A stretch of 64,000 bases of DNA from Eledone cirrhosa. Taxonomy: Eukaryota. The position numbers and the translations under genes were made by a program. Location: assembly GCA_964016885.1 (NCBI GenBank), contig OZ024744.1, forward strand, positions 44,144,001-44,208,000. Reading direction: 5' to 3'. The stretch's first letter is position 1. The number at the start of each line of letters is the position of its first letter. Positions 63,996-64,000 of this stretch are shown in pieces. Under the pieces are notes generated by a model that was not told the DNA's origin, did not search any database, and worked only from the letters and a program-made list of their open reading frames with translations.

Positions 63996-64000
63996 GTAGG

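Overview
AT-rich, microsatellite-dense animal genomic DNA. The SINE family and repeat texture suggest an octopod cephalopod, which is inference only. Most long ORFs in the track are artefacts of (TA)n/(TG)n runs and minisatellites. Real content: (1) 1-37.2 kb is a shuffled mosaic of decayed Helitrons, three Penelope-like element (PLE) families, an RTE fragment and several non-coding tandem elements inserted in (TA)n. One Helitron has Rep-HUH plus PIF1 helicase, an intron and canonical TC/CTAG ends joined head-to-tail. (2) About 20 type I hammerhead ribozyme (HHR) motifs from about 8 sequence families occur in the window. They include retrozyme-like monomers of 467, 420 and 536 bp that share fixed 3' ends, longer-than-monomer length and mostly divergent 5' inversions, and the 467 and 420 bp monomers also share an octamer motif. 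(3) 37.7-52.7 kb holds a decayed Gypsy internal region, CRE-like LINE fragments, SINEs and an apparently exact 5,359-bp tandem duplication. (4) 53.4-63.3 kb holds a + strand array, not shown in the ORF track, of 11 intact symmetric phase-1 mini-exons (8 x 60 nt, 3 x 66 nt) plus 2 decayed copies, encoding an S/T/P/K-rich repeat of an unidentified host gene. All calls were made by eye; no database search was run.
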